Virus record (IMG/VR): IMGVR_UViG_3300020048_000035
DNA from: an uncultured virus (IMG/VR IMGVR_UViG_3300020048_000035)
Taxonomy: Duplodnaviria; Heunggongvirae; Uroviricota; Caudoviricetes
Strand: one strand, 5' to 3'
DNA length: 64,000 nt
The notes below the pieces were generated by a model. It had not been told where the DNA came from. It ran no database searches and saw nothing but the letters and a program-made list of their open reading frames with translations. Within the stretch, counting starts at the first letter, position 1; each line of letters opens with the position of its first letter. Positions 1-8,815 of the stretch are shown here, piece by piece. The position numbers and the translations under genes were made by a program.

Positions 1-447
1 AGAACTTAGTACATAGATAGTGTTGGGTTTTGGAGTATTATCATTCCACATTGGACATGTACTCTTCTTTGTAGATTTGCATTCTACTGCCACAAAACGA
101 GCTGTGTCATCTTTCTTATTGTTATCTTCCTTATTCGTAAAATCTAGTACTAATATATCCGGAAATCCTTGCGATCCTGCCGGCTGTAATATATAAGATC
201 CTTCTTTCAAACCTACACATGCTGCTCGTAGGTGTGTATCATCCCCTGTTTCTGCCCACTTTTTAAGTAACTTTTTAGTTAATTTTGGATATAGTTTTTT
301 TTGTACTTCGGTAAAGCCAGCTGCTGCTATTTTAGCAGCAACCGCTTTCTCATGCGCAAATTTGACTTTACCTGATTTATGTGCTTCGTTTTTAAAATAT
401 GGCATGGCAAGAATACTTACCATGGCTTTGTGTAACTGTATACTCAT
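1..447 (-). CDS. PD-(D/E)xK nuclease, restriction-endonuclease-like (partial, runs off window)
   Basis: Open frame from ATG 447 (not in track): QPAGSQGFPDILV...FVAVECKS...PMWN. Confidence 0.6.
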   Translation of the reverse strand, partial: MSIQLHKAMVSILAMPYFKNEAHKSGKVKFAHEKAVAAKIAAAGFTEVQKKLYPKLTKKLLKKWAETGDDTHLRAACVGLKEGSYILQPAGSQGFPDILVLDFTNKEDNNKKDDTARFVAVECKSTKKSTCPMWNDNTPKPNTIYVLSS

Positions 448-563
448 TTGATAGGTTTACTCTACTCATTTATTTCCTCTATACTGTGTTAAAGGGAACG
501 CTATTGCCACTACAATAGCGCATTACATACAACATAATACTATACTACATAGCTAAAATCAAC

Positions 564-1001
564 TTAATTGGTAACTTTAAAGTTAAGTAATTCGCCTTGA
601 TGTGCTAGTTTGGCAAAACGTCTGGAGATATACTCATCAAAGTGTATAACCTCTAGTCCAGTAAATTTGTCCATGTTCGCAACAATCTCAGCATCACTCT
701 CAACAAATACACGATATCCCTCTTCCCAACAAATGCGTGATTTGTATTCGGTAGGTGTTTCGTCTTGATCTGCTTTCATGATCAAACGATTTGGCTGTGT
801 AGTCAATTGTTTAATCCACTTTTCTGTAATCGCTCTATAATTCTCTGAACGTGCTGTAACAATGTCAAACACGCCTGTTGGATTGAACATAGGCTTAGCA
901 TACAAGGTATACTCGTAAAACTGTTGATGATTCAATCCAGCTATGTGACTATAATCTGGTACTAATACGCCGTCTAAATCAAATGCTATATTACTAATCA
1001 T
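564..1001 (-). CDS. HAD-superfamily phosphatase
   Basis: FDLDGVL motif I, VTAR, C-terminal FVESD. Confidence 0.7.
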   Translation of the reverse strand: MISNIAFDLDGVLVPDYSHIAGLNHQQFYEYTLYAKPMFNPTGVFDIVTARSENYRAITEKWIKQLTTQPNRLIMKADQDETPTEYKSRICWEEGYRVFVESDAEIVANMDKFTGLEVIHFDEYISRRFAKLAHQGELLNFKVTN

Positions 1002-1004
1002 ATC

Positions 1005-1253
1005 TTATCTATTCCATTTTAATAAAAAAAATGCCATATCTTGTTCTTTTACAAAATAATAACAACCTGTTCTTGTGTGATTATAACTCCAATTCCACAC
1101 TCCTTCTTCTTCACCCCTAACACCAAATGTTTCTATACACCATGTGTATATAATATTTTCTTTCTTAGCCCTCCATCCTCCTTCTTTTACTTCGCTAGCC
1201 CAGTAGCGATAGGGACTGTCTAAGTCTGCTACTTCACCTGTTATAAATCTCAC
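1005..1253 (-). CDS. family A small protein
   Basis: ends EQDMAFFLLKWNR. Confidence 0.85.
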   Translation of the reverse strand: MRFITGEVADLDSPYRYWASEVKEGGWRAKKENIIYTWCIETFGVRGEEEGVWNWSYNHTRTGCYYFVKEQDMAFFLLKWNR

Positions 1254-1513
1254 GAATACCTCAACATAAGCATTATAGCATCTTCCTCGGATATTATACC
1301 ATCATCTACTTCTAATGTAAAAGTTTTATTTTCATGTACTCCTATGGTTAATGTCCATTTATCACCCTTTTTTCTATATATGTACTCTATGCGTGGTAAC
1401 CCACCATAATCAACTGACACTTTATCAATACATATGTTTGCGTCAGATCCTAAATTTTCTCTCACCCAATTCTCTACTTCATATTTCTTGTTTATATTAA
1501 GATTAAATTTCAT
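1250..1513 (-). CDS. family A small protein
   Basis: ends EEDAIMLMLRYS. Confidence 0.8.
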   Translation of the reverse strand: MKFNLNINKKYEVENWVRENLGSDANICIDKVSVDYGGLPRIEYIYRKKGDKWTLTIGVHENKTFTLEVDDGIISEEDAIMLMLRYS

Positions 1514-1908
1514 GACCACCTCAATGCCATTAGAGTATACAATGTGTTAGATATAGTATATTGCTCAAGAAAACTATCATTATCAATTGGTTTCCAAAGA
1601 GTAATATCCTGTTCTTCAATCCATCTGGCCACCTTAGGAGCTACATCTACCACGCAATAATCATTGGGTACAATATATTCGTGATCTGAAATAAGAGTAA
1701 AGTTTAATGCGTCAGGATATCTTACCCGCAAGGTAAAAATCTGCCCTGTTGGTCCAGTCATGGGTAGTACACCAACAAGTTGGCTGGCAATCATACTAGG
1801 CAAGGATTTTCGTAATATAGGCAATTTAATCTTAGAAAAACTTCCATACTTTGTTATCAGCTTGCGTAATGATACCCGCCTAGATAACCTTCTTTGATGG
1901 CTATTCAT
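1510..1908 (-). CDS. family A protein carrying a gp23 major-capsid (Gol-region) fragment
   Basis: LPILRKSLPSMIASQLVGVLPMTGPTGQIFTLRVRY; ends LMALRWS. Confidence 0.85.
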   Translation of the reverse strand: MNSHQRRLSRRVSLRKLITKYGSFSKIKLPILRKSLPSMIASQLVGVLPMTGPTGQIFTLRVRYPDALNFTLISDHEYIVPNDYCVVDVAPKVARWIEEQDITLWKPIDNDSFLEQYTISNTLYTLMALRWS

Positions 1909-2099
1909 TCTACAGAAGTCCACCTCAATAGAAAAAGGGTCAACAAAGGTTGCTCTTCTTCAGTTATATCAAGTATTATATATTTACGCCAATGGGGATC
2001 TGTAAACCACCAGCGTAAATTTTCTTTGCTGATGTTATCAGTTAGCCATTGAATCATTTCTAATTTTTTACTTTCATCACGAGGAACATTAATTACCAT
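1905..2099 (-). CDS. family A small protein
   Basis: ends TLFLLRWTSVE. Confidence 0.8.
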   Translation of the reverse strand: MVINVPRDESKKLEMIQWLTDNISKENLRWWFTDPHWRKYIILDITEEEQPLLTLFLLRWTSVE

Positions 2100-2296
2100 T
2101 ATGCCCACCTCAATGTAAAAAGCATAGCGTCTTGCTCTGATCCAAAGTGATAACACAGAGTATCATAACGGGTTATGAACATAGGATTCTCTTCACCACG
2201 AGGTGTCGATATAGTTCGTTTTTCAAAAGTAGGACAATTTTTCATTGCCCACGCAAAAGGTTCACTACCAGCAACGGAAGGCAATTTGACTATCAT
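2099..2296 (-). CDS. family A small protein
   Basis: ends EQDAMLFTLRWA. Confidence 0.85.
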   Translation of the reverse strand: MIVKLPSVAGSEPFAWAMKNCPTFEKRTISTPRGEENPMFITRYDTLCYHFGSEQDAMLFTLRWA

Positions 2297-2318
2297 TATG
2301 ACCACCTCAATGTAAAAA

Positions 2319-2591
2319 TCATGGCCAAAACACGAAGAAAAGTTGAGGATCATCGCTCCATGTCAATAGAAATGAATCAGCTTCAGCCTCAGACTGGAAT
2401 TCAACGTCATACATCATATAACAGTCATCTTCCCAAGTAGTCAGCTCCCAATTGATACTGATTTTAATATTAAAATACTCTTCCAATTGATCTATAATAA
2501 TTTGATTAAAATATGCCGTTGGCCAATTAGTGACCACTGACTGCGCAGCTTTGAATAGTACTTCAATTGATATATTACGCATAGCAGACAT
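2319..2591 (-). CDS. family A small protein with extended tail
   Basis: EAEADSFLLTWS then extra residues. Confidence 0.75.
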   Translation of the reverse strand: MSAMRNISIEVLFKAAQSVVTNWPTAYFNQIIIDQLEEYFNIKISINWELTTWEDDCYMMYDVEFQSEAEADSFLLTWSDDPQLFFVFWP

Positions 2592-2932
2592 TATGACCAT
2601 CTCAATAAAAAGAACTCTACATCTGCTTCACTGTGAAACATAATACGGTTACTGAATACAAAATAGCCATGTTTAAATGTTTCTTTACACCATGCTTCAA
2701 TCACATCTCTACCTGCTTCCTTAGCGGTATCAGAAAAATCTAGTTCTATCCAATGTTTTCTATCAGGATCTATCTCACATAGAACTTGCCAGTCAACCTC
2801 ATATTGAATATCTTGACTCAGGACGGTCAAAATCTCGGTTGCGCTATCAACTGTCCATCTAGCCGATAGCTTTCTTGATTTTGCTGTTATCTGTTGCTTT
2901 AATATTTCAATATTGTTATTAGAATTTGTCAT
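2591..2932 (-). CDS. family A protein carrying a second gp23-like capsid fragment
   Basis: IEILKQQITAKSRKLSARWT...EILTVLSQDIQYEVD; ends FFLLRWS. Confidence 0.85.
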   Translation of the reverse strand: MTNSNNNIEILKQQITAKSRKLSARWTVDSATEILTVLSQDIQYEVDWQVLCEIDPDRKHWIELDFSDTAKEAGRDVIEAWCKETFKHGYFVFSNRIMFHSEADVEFFLLRWS

Positions 2933-3213
2933 TATGTCGTCCACTTTAGTGACATTACTATATACAGCTCATTGGGTATAATATAACGATATCTTAATAT
3001 CGTGTACATCAATGATTCTGTTTGTGTCCATCCGCTGTGAGTTTTCTCAAGCCATCTGGCCACCTCTTCATCAACATCTACTTCAACATATCCAATTGGC
3101 ACTGTTGATCGTTTACCGTTTGGAGTTTTAATAGAAAATCTAAACTTTGGAAAAGTCTCTGCTCTGCCTTTATCTACTCCAGCTTGCCAAGTTATAGGGT
3201 GTGTAAGTTTCAT
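2932..3213 (-). CDS. family A small protein
   Basis: ends VMSLKWTT; C-half resembles 1510-1908. Confidence 0.8.
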   Translation of the reverse strand: MKLTHPITWQAGVDKGRAETFPKFRFSIKTPNGKRSTVPIGYVEVDVDEEVARWLEKTHSGWTQTESLMYTILRYRYIIPNELYIVMSLKWTT

Positions 3214-3452
3214 GACCATTTCAACATAAAAAATAATTGTGTTTCTTCATCTACATGCTCGTTTAATTCCATAGTAAAAGTTATGTTTTCTTTAGATATA
3301 TCAGGCGGCATATTGGTACAAAAATGCCATCCTTCTCCGCGAATACTAGATCCAGGAACACTTATCTTTGGTCCTATATTCTCCATGGTCCATTTAACAC
3401 AATCTATGGCACGATCACTATCGGTAAATGTTATCTTACTCATACTAATCAT
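3210..3452 (-). CDS. family A small protein
   Basis: ends FFMLKWS. Confidence 0.8.
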   Translation of the reverse strand: MISMSKITFTDSDRAIDCVKWTMENIGPKISVPGSSIRGEGWHFCTNMPPDISKENITFTMELNEHVDEETQLFFMLKWS

Positions 3453-3648
3453 GCCCCCACTTTATTCTAAATATTATAGCATCATACTCATTGGTAAACT
3501 CCAAATATGGTGTAAATGTTTTTCTAGGTAAACCAATTACTCCTTGCCCACTTAGCCAAGCGTGAAATTCTTCTATAGTACCAGGTGTGTGTTGAATGTA
3601 CCATGTGGTAGCATTAGCCCAATACGGTTCAATAGGTAGTGTAATCAT
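3445..3648 (-). CDS. family A small protein
   Basis: ends DAIIFRIKWGHD. Confidence 0.8.
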   Translation of the reverse strand: MITLPIEPYWANATTWYIQHTPGTIEEFHAWLSGQGVIGLPRKTFTPYLEFTNEYDAIIFRIKWGHD

Positions 3649-3860
3649 GAGTGTTTTAATAACCATAAGATAGATTCTGCTTCATCGTCAAATTTTAATT
3701 TTACCTGAGGCATATTATGTTCATCCATTTCCCAGTCTATTTCATAGTTACCAGGTAGTAATGATTTGAATAATTGAGACATGTCTGTTCGTGTGTGTTC
3801 ATCAAACGGTTCAAACGCATATGTTTGTGTTACTATATTCACTGCTTCAGTTACATTCAA
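3645..3860 (-). CDS. family A small protein
   Basis: ends ESILWLLKHS. Confidence 0.75.
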   Translation of the reverse strand: MNVTEAVNIVTQTYAFEPFDEHTRTDMSQLFKSLLPGNYEIDWEMDEHNMPQVKLKFDDEAESILWLLKHS

Positions 3861-4083
3861 GGTGACCCCACTTTAATCTAAACATCATGGCATTCTTTTC
3901 GTTTGTAAATTGCCATTTTATAGTTTCAAATTCTGGACCTCCGCGCCATCCATCACGAACAAAAGGTCCAAATGTATCACGGCACCAATAAAACTGTTTT
4001 ACATAACCAGAATGTGTTTTATATTCAACTACAACTTCATGCCGCCATCTCCTACGATCTACCCTGCGCTGATGACTATTCAC
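3847..4083 (-). CDS. family A small protein
   Basis: ends NAMMFRLKWGHLECN. Confidence 0.8.
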   Translation of the reverse strand: MNSHQRRVDRRRWRHEVVVEYKTHSGYVKQFYWCRDTFGPFVRDGWRGGPEFETIKWQFTNEKNAMMFRLKWGHLECN

Positions 4084-4355
4084 AGAAATTTCAACCTAAA
4101 CATGGTAGCTACTCTTTCATCTGCAATATCAACAAAGTATGACGTATAAGTTACTTGTTGTCCCTGTGATCCTGTATCATATATCACATGCTTAAACCAT
4201 TTCCACTCATCTCCGGTGTATATGCTGTTATCTAGATCACAGTTGACTGCAGGACCTACATTTTGTTCAAACCAAGATATCATTTGGCTTTTAATACTTT
4301 GTTTTTCTTTATGGCGCAATGGAAAACCCACTCGTTTCGTTATGTCAATTATCAT
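4080..4355 (-). CDS. family A small protein
   Basis: ends ATMFRLKFL. Confidence 0.8.
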   Translation of the reverse strand: MIIDITKRVGFPLRHKEKQSIKSQMISWFEQNVGPAVNCDLDNSIYTGDEWKWFKHVIYDTGSQGQQVTYTSYFVDIADERVATMFRLKFL

Positions 4356-4597
4356 AACCACCTCAATCTAAACATGGTAGCATATTCTTCACGAGCAAAG
4401 TACCATGTAGTCCAGCCAGTACCGCTACCACGACTACAAGTCCATGGATATTCTGCCGATACTTGATCACGGAACTCAGCTTTCGGTCCAAGCATGTTTA
4501 AGCACCAAGTCATCATAGAGTTTTCATAATCCGGTGATGGCCATTCGCCATAGGCTGATTTAAAAAACTGTGATGTCATAACTTCTGCTGCTATCAT
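4352..4597 (-). CDS. family A small protein
   Basis: ends ATMFRLRWL. Confidence 0.8.
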   Translation of the reverse strand: MIAAEVMTSQFFKSAYGEWPSPDYENSMMTWCLNMLGPKAEFRDQVSAEYPWTCSRGSGTGWTTWYFAREEYATMFRLRWL

Positions 4598-4863
4598 GAG
4601 TTCTGTAACAACCAAAATGTTTGTTCTTCATCGGACGTAAATTTCAATTGAAGTGGTACATGATATGATCCTCCGGGAGCTAAATTCACCTTTATTCCAG
4701 CAACTCCTGAAACATACCCCATCTTAGGAGAATCAATTCTGCGATTCCAGTATTCCTCAAATGTGAGGAAACAATCTTCGCTACTAATATCAGTACTATA
4801 GGTGTCAAACATTTCTCTAATTACGAGATACTGATTTAAATCACCAATCCACATTGTTGTCAT
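4594..4863 (-). CDS. family A small protein (divergent)
   Basis: ends EEQTFWLLQNS. Confidence 0.7.
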   Translation of the reverse strand: MTTMWIGDLNQYLVIREMFDTYSTDISSEDCFLTFEEYWNRRIDSPKMGYVSGVAGIKVNLAPGGSYHVPLQLKFTSDEEQTFWLLQNS

Positions 4864-5117
4864 TTTGATAATAACTCTAATAATTTTTTAGGTGTAATAA
4901 TATCTGATACTTCTTTGTTGCCAATTGGTACTAACTGACTTTCTTCTATAATCCAATCTGACATTACTGTGCCTTTTTTTATAGACAAAGTAATAAACTG
5001 TCTAAGACTTCCTATAGCAGGAAACTTTCTTCCCGTTTTAGACCAACCGCCATACCCAGGTGTACCAGTTCTATACAGCCCAGATGTTTTGCTACGAATT
5101 CTATAAAAAATTTCCAT
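4860..5117 (-). CDS. family B small protein
   Basis: Y..GTP...W...GRKF..I..LR.FIT motif. Confidence 0.75.
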   Translation of the reverse strand: MEIFYRIRSKTSGLYRTGTPGYGGWSKTGRKFPAIGSLRQFITLSIKKGTVMSDWIIEESQLVPIGNKEVSDIITPKKLLELLSK

Positions 5118-5127
5118 TAACTATATA

Positions 5128-5376
5128 TCATGCCCAATGTAATGCGAAAAATGTTGCTGCCGCACGGTCCCTAAAGTAAAACGCAGCACGGTACCGGCGT
5201 CCATCAGAAACATAATGCGTCTCCAACCTACCATGCCATGGTCGTTCTTTACTACCTTTGACAACACTAGGTCCAAAGTTAGCAATACACCATTTACGAA
5301 CGGCAGAATATTCAGTATATCCATAACCCGCAAATAATTTAGTATTAACTCGTTGATAAATTAATTCTCTTGTCAT
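5128..5376 (-). CDS. family A small protein
   Basis: ends AATFFALHWA; close paralog of 7095-7340. Confidence 0.8.
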   Translation of the reverse strand: MTRELIYQRVNTKLFAGYGYTEYSAVRKWCIANFGPSVVKGSKERPWHGRLETHYVSDGRRYRAAFYFRDRAAATFFALHWA

Positions 5377-5410
5377 AATGGTTTCATTTTAACATTACTT
5401 AACTGTAAGG

Positions 5411-5641
5411 TCAAGAATTTCTTCGCTTTTTCCATGTGTAATCTTCACCGCTTGGCAGCTTGCCATTCTCTACACTATCGCAGCCCATACGGCCTACTTG
5501 GTTAGGATTCTCACCTACCATAGCAACATATGCCATACCTAGGGTACGCATATGATTGGCACGAGTAAGTGCTTCAACCATTTCTAAATACTCTTCACTC
5601 TTTGCGGCTCCATCTTCTGAAGTCCAATACACTTTATACAT
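5411..5641 (-). CDS. hypothetical phage protein
   Basis: ORF in operon context. Confidence 0.7.
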   Translation of the reverse strand: MYKVYWTSEDGAAKSEEYLEMVEALTRANHMRTLGMAYVAMVGENPNQVGRMGCDSVENGKLPSGEDYTWKKRRNS

Positions 5642-5647
5642 TTCTTC

Positions 5648-5953
5648 TCATTTATACAATTTCAGTTGCCGAACAATTTCGGGCCACTCCTTTCTAGGAG
5701 CTAATACAACTGCTACTTCTTCGCCGTTCAGCGCACTTTCTGATACTACAACAACTTTATCTAACTGTTTAAGTTGTTCAAATTCTTCGTCAGTAACTTT
5801 ACAAGTTACCTTTTTAAAACTATACAGCATCCAGTCTTGAAAGTCAACATCATCCATATGCCACTTAAGATAAGCTATTAAGCTGGCATGACTTGCGCTG
5901 TTGATAGCAAATCCAACTGGAATACTATCACGGATAGCAATGTACATTTTCAT
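5648..5953 (-). CDS. peptidyl-tRNA hydrolase PTH2-like protein
   Basis: KMYIAIR...G.A...HAS...W...SFKKVTCKV...P. Confidence 0.7.
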   Translation of the reverse strand: MKMYIAIRDSIPVGFAINSASHASLIAYLKWHMDDVDFQDWMLYSFKKVTCKVTDEEFEQLKQLDKVVVVSESALNGEEVAVVLAPRKEWPEIVRQLKLYK

Positions 5954-6201
5954 ATTGACTTACTCTTTAGTTTAATCCACATGAATTCTTCCAGATCAAC
6001 TTTTTCTGTTAATGTACCAACATGCCTATTCTTCACAAACCTGATATTACTCCCACTCTGCATCCATATACGCTCTGAGCCATGTATCACACGACTTTTA
6101 CCGTGAGACCACCCAACATCGCTAGCTTTATAAGTCACATACCTAGGCATCTTTAACATTTTAGCGGTACTTTCGTGTAATTCACAATACACTTGTTCCA
6201 T
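5950..6201 (-). CDS. hypothetical phage protein
   Basis: coupled ORF. Confidence 0.65.
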   Translation of the reverse strand: MEQVYCELHESTAKMLKMPRYVTYKASDVGWSHGKSRVIHGSERIWMQSGSNIRFVKNRHVGTLTEKVDLEEFMWIKLKSKSI

Positions 6202-6202
6202 A

Positions 6203-6403
6203 TTATTCCTTTGGTTTAATTCTAAGACGCCAGGTAATTACTTGACCATCCATGGTTGTACAATCATCTATATACCAATCAGGACGTTCTACATCCATCC
6301 ACTCAAACTGTGTTATACCACTACCAGTCCAATACACTTGAATGATGGCACCGTCTGCCCATGCGTGAATTAATTCAGCATATTTGTGTTTAATCATGCC
6401 CAT
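6203..6403 (-). CDS. hypothetical phage protein
   Basis: HK.AELI.AWADGA.IQ...P.W....RIKP; resembles 27748-27948. Confidence 0.7.
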   Translation of the reverse strand: MGMIKHKYAELIHAWADGAIIQVYWTGSGITQFEWMDVERPDWYIDDCTTMDGQVITWRLRIKPKE

Positions 6404-6639
6404 TTTAACATAAAAAATATATAATCCTTTTCGTCCCTAAATCGTAAAGTAGAGTAGGACTGACTCCATCGTGCCCATGCATCAGTAATTGGGTTCGCGG
6501 GTTCAAATTGTTCGGTACACCATTCAAGCATTGCCTGTACTCTATCTTGATTGACTGGCCTTGCGGGAAATGGCTCCCACATTTCGTACTCATACCATTT
6601 AACACGATGAAATTGATACTTAGGTTTAGTGTTATTCAT
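6394..6639 (-). CDS. family A small protein
   Basis: ends EKDYIFFMLKWA. Confidence 0.85.
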   Translation of the reverse strand: MNNTKPKYQFHRVKWYEYEMWEPFPARPVNQDRVQAMLEWCTEQFEPANPITDAWARWSQSYSTLRFRDEKDYIFFMLKWA

Positions 6640-6907
6640 GCCCACTCCACTTTAGGGCAAAGAATACAGCATCTTCTTCTCGCTTAAAATAAAAACAATT
6701 AGACGAATAGCCATAAGTTTCACATTCAAAATGTTCACCACACCAGCTCCATCGTATATACCATGTATTATTAGTATCATCCATGGGTGATTTTATTCCA
6801 TAGGGATATTTCTCTATCATTTCTTGCTCCATTCGCATCTCGGCCATAACCCTGTCGTGATCTATCTGCCACAATTCGTGTTGATTTTGGTATTCTTGGT
6901 CTGTCAT
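6632..6907 (-). CDS. family A small protein
   Basis: ends EEDAVFFALKWSGHE. Confidence 0.85.
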   Translation of the reverse strand: MTDQEYQNQHELWQIDHDRVMAEMRMEQEMIEKYPYGIKSPMDDTNNTWYIRWSWCGEHFECETYGYSSNCFYFKREEDAVFFALKWSGHE

Positions 6908-7098
6908 TTCCATCTCAATATAAACATTGTAGCATCTTTTTCATGATTAAAGTAAACTTTTCCTGCGCCAATTGTCCAGCCATTCTCACGACCCGATTGC
7001 CCCCAAGTTTCAACACACCAGGCAAAACAATCACGCCATTTAACACTACCGTTTACGGGTGGCAACGGTACAGAATACCATTCGTCTATTTTTTTCAT
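6904..7098 (-). CDS. family A small protein
   Basis: ends EKDATMFILRWK. Confidence 0.85.
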   Translation of the reverse strand: MKKIDEWYSVPLPPVNGSVKWRDCFAWCVETWGQSGRENGWTIGAGKVYFNHEKDATMFILRWK

Positions 7099-7340
7099 GA
7101 CCACCTCAGGGAAAATAATGTGGCACAAGCAGGATCTCGGAAACAAAAGCGTGATGCCCGCACAAATTCTGAGCCATCGTGATACCAGTCTTTGCGACCA
7201 TACCAAGGATTTTGGTAACCAAGATCCTTGGCTTTCTTGCTGTTACTAGCGCCAAAGTTTTCCTTACACCATTTTCGCATGGTTAAGTGTTCTTTTTGAT
7301 TGTACAGTCTAGGTACAATCACTTTAGTATAAATTATCAT
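7095..7340 (-). CDS. family A small protein
   Basis: ends ATLFSLRWS. Confidence 0.85.
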   Translation of the reverse strand: MIIYTKVIVPRLYNQKEHLTMRKWCKENFGASNSKKAKDLGYQNPWYGRKDWYHDGSEFVRASRFCFRDPACATLFSLRWS

Positions 7341-7525
7341 GACCACCTCAAAGTAAACATTGTAGCATCTTCTTCTCTAGTAAAGTATATACCATGTCCG
7401 CCGCGAGAGTAATTGCCATAGCCCTCGTGCGTTTCAAGCCATGAAATCATTTCATTTGTTAACCAAGGTACAGAAACATAAGTTTCTTCTGCGCCGCCAA
7501 AACTAATAAAATTAATATTTTTCAT
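7337..7525 (-). CDS. family A small protein
   Basis: ends EEDATMFTLRWS. Confidence 0.85.
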   Translation of the reverse strand: MKNINFISFGGAEETYVSVPWLTNEMISWLETHEGYGNYSRGGHGIYFTREEDATMFTLRWS

Positions 7526-7782
7526 TTCATCCACCTCAACGCAAATAATATAGCATCTTGCTCGTGATCAAATGAAAATTTATATACAGCATGGTCGCGT
7601 CCTCTGCCATCATATATACATTGCCATACACCATGTTGCCCAAAGGTTAGCCTTTCTACAATACTAAATCTTATTCCAAACTGTTCTTGACACCATGAGC
7701 ACATTCTTTCAATATCAACATTGGATTTGGATTGTATTAAAACTTCATGTGTCAATCTGGGTTTTAGGACAACTGTAATCAT
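7522..7782 (-). CDS. family A small protein
   Basis: ends EQDAILFALRWMK. Confidence 0.85.
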   Translation of the reverse strand: MITVVLKPRLTHEVLIQSKSNVDIERMCSWCQEQFGIRFSIVERLTFGQHGVWQCIYDGRGRDHAVYKFSFDHEQDAILFALRWMK

Positions 7783-8022
7783 GCCCATCTCAACGCAAAC
7801 ATCACAGCATCAGCACGATTTTTAAATGNNNNNNNNNNCGGGATTCCATCCATCATATTTCCACTGTTTTGATTCTAAATTCTCGCGGCACCATAGTACC
7901 CTTGGATCCATTTTTTCTGGATCATCCGTAATATATTTGCGCCATGTGGGCAATGCCAACTCAAAGCACACAAGGGGTAATCGTATTACACATGGCCAAC
8001 GATCTCGTTCTCGTAAACTCAT
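7779..8022 (-). CDS. family A small protein (spans N gap)
   Basis: after the gap reads FKNRADAVMFALRWA*. Confidence 0.7.
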
Positions 8023-8237
8023 GCCCACCTCAACATAAAAAATATAGCATCTTCTTTGGTTTTAAATCTCCAAACTAATCCATGGCTAACACAAGACTCT
8101 TCTCCAAATGTATCCACACACCATGCGTCTATATTGCCGCTTCCTACCGCAATTAAACTGCCACCAGGTCCGCAGTACTTGACACGATGCGGCCAGACAC
8201 TACCTGGATATGAACTAAGTGAATATTCAAGTATCAT
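8019..8237 (-). CDS. family A small protein
   Basis: ends KEDAIFFMLRWA. Confidence 0.85.
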   Translation of the reverse strand: MILEYSLSSYPGSVWPHRVKYCGPGGSLIAVGSGNIDAWCVDTFGEESCVSHGLVWRFKTKEDAIFFMLRWA

Positions 8238-8449
8238 GACCACCTCAATAAAAACCAAGTTGCTTGTTCGTCAGTTTCAAATTTAAGTCCACCAGTTACA
8301 ACTACAGCTCCATATTTCAATAGCATATTGTCTCTGTTAACCAAAAATAAATCATGATTGTTATTAGTTTCATTCCAAACAGCATTAATAAATTTATTCC
8401 ACCAATGATTATGTAGCCCCACGCTGTCAGTGGCAGATATAAATTTCAC
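8234..8449 (-). CDS. family A small protein
   Basis: ends QATWFLLRWS. Confidence 0.85.
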   Translation of the reverse strand: MKFISATDSVGLHNHWWNKFINAVWNETNNNHDLFLVNRDNMLLKYGAVVVTGGLKFETDEQATWFLLRWS

Positions 8450-8619
8450 GACTTATGACCCCATCGTAATAAAAACATAGTATACTCTAAATCATTCATA
8501 AAGTAAAATACAGGATACCAACAATCCCATCTTTTAATTGGAGATAGATTCTCATTGCACCAAGTAACCATGAGGTTCCATTCGTCGGCAGTACAACTAT
8601 TAAAACTTTTTTCTATCAT
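8446..8619 (-). CDS. family A small protein
   Basis: ends YTMFLLRWGHKS. Confidence 0.75.
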   Translation of the reverse strand: MIEKSFNSCTADEWNLMVTWCNENLSPIKRWDCWYPVFYFMNDLEYTMFLLRWGHKS

Positions 8620-8815
8620 GCCNNNNNNNNNNCATGACGGCATCTTCTTCATGTTCAAACTCAAACTTACAATCACCATAATAAAGCCACGTGGCATACT
8701 CGCCACCACGATTATCAAAATGTTCTTTACACCAATCGAAACAGTCAAGTTTGGAACGCAGTCTGTCTATCTCAATCATAGTCCAATTCTCAATGGGCGG
8801 GCGGAAATACATTAC
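8616..8815 (-). CDS. family A small protein (end falls in N gap)
   Basis: FEFEHEEDAVM then gap then GCATGA. Confidence 0.7.

Noticed and set aside
1510..2932. A split or pseudogenised major capsid gene
   Set aside because: The two gp23-like pieces are short, lie in reverse order relative to gp23, are separated by unrelated genes, and are each fused in frame to an intact family A tail.
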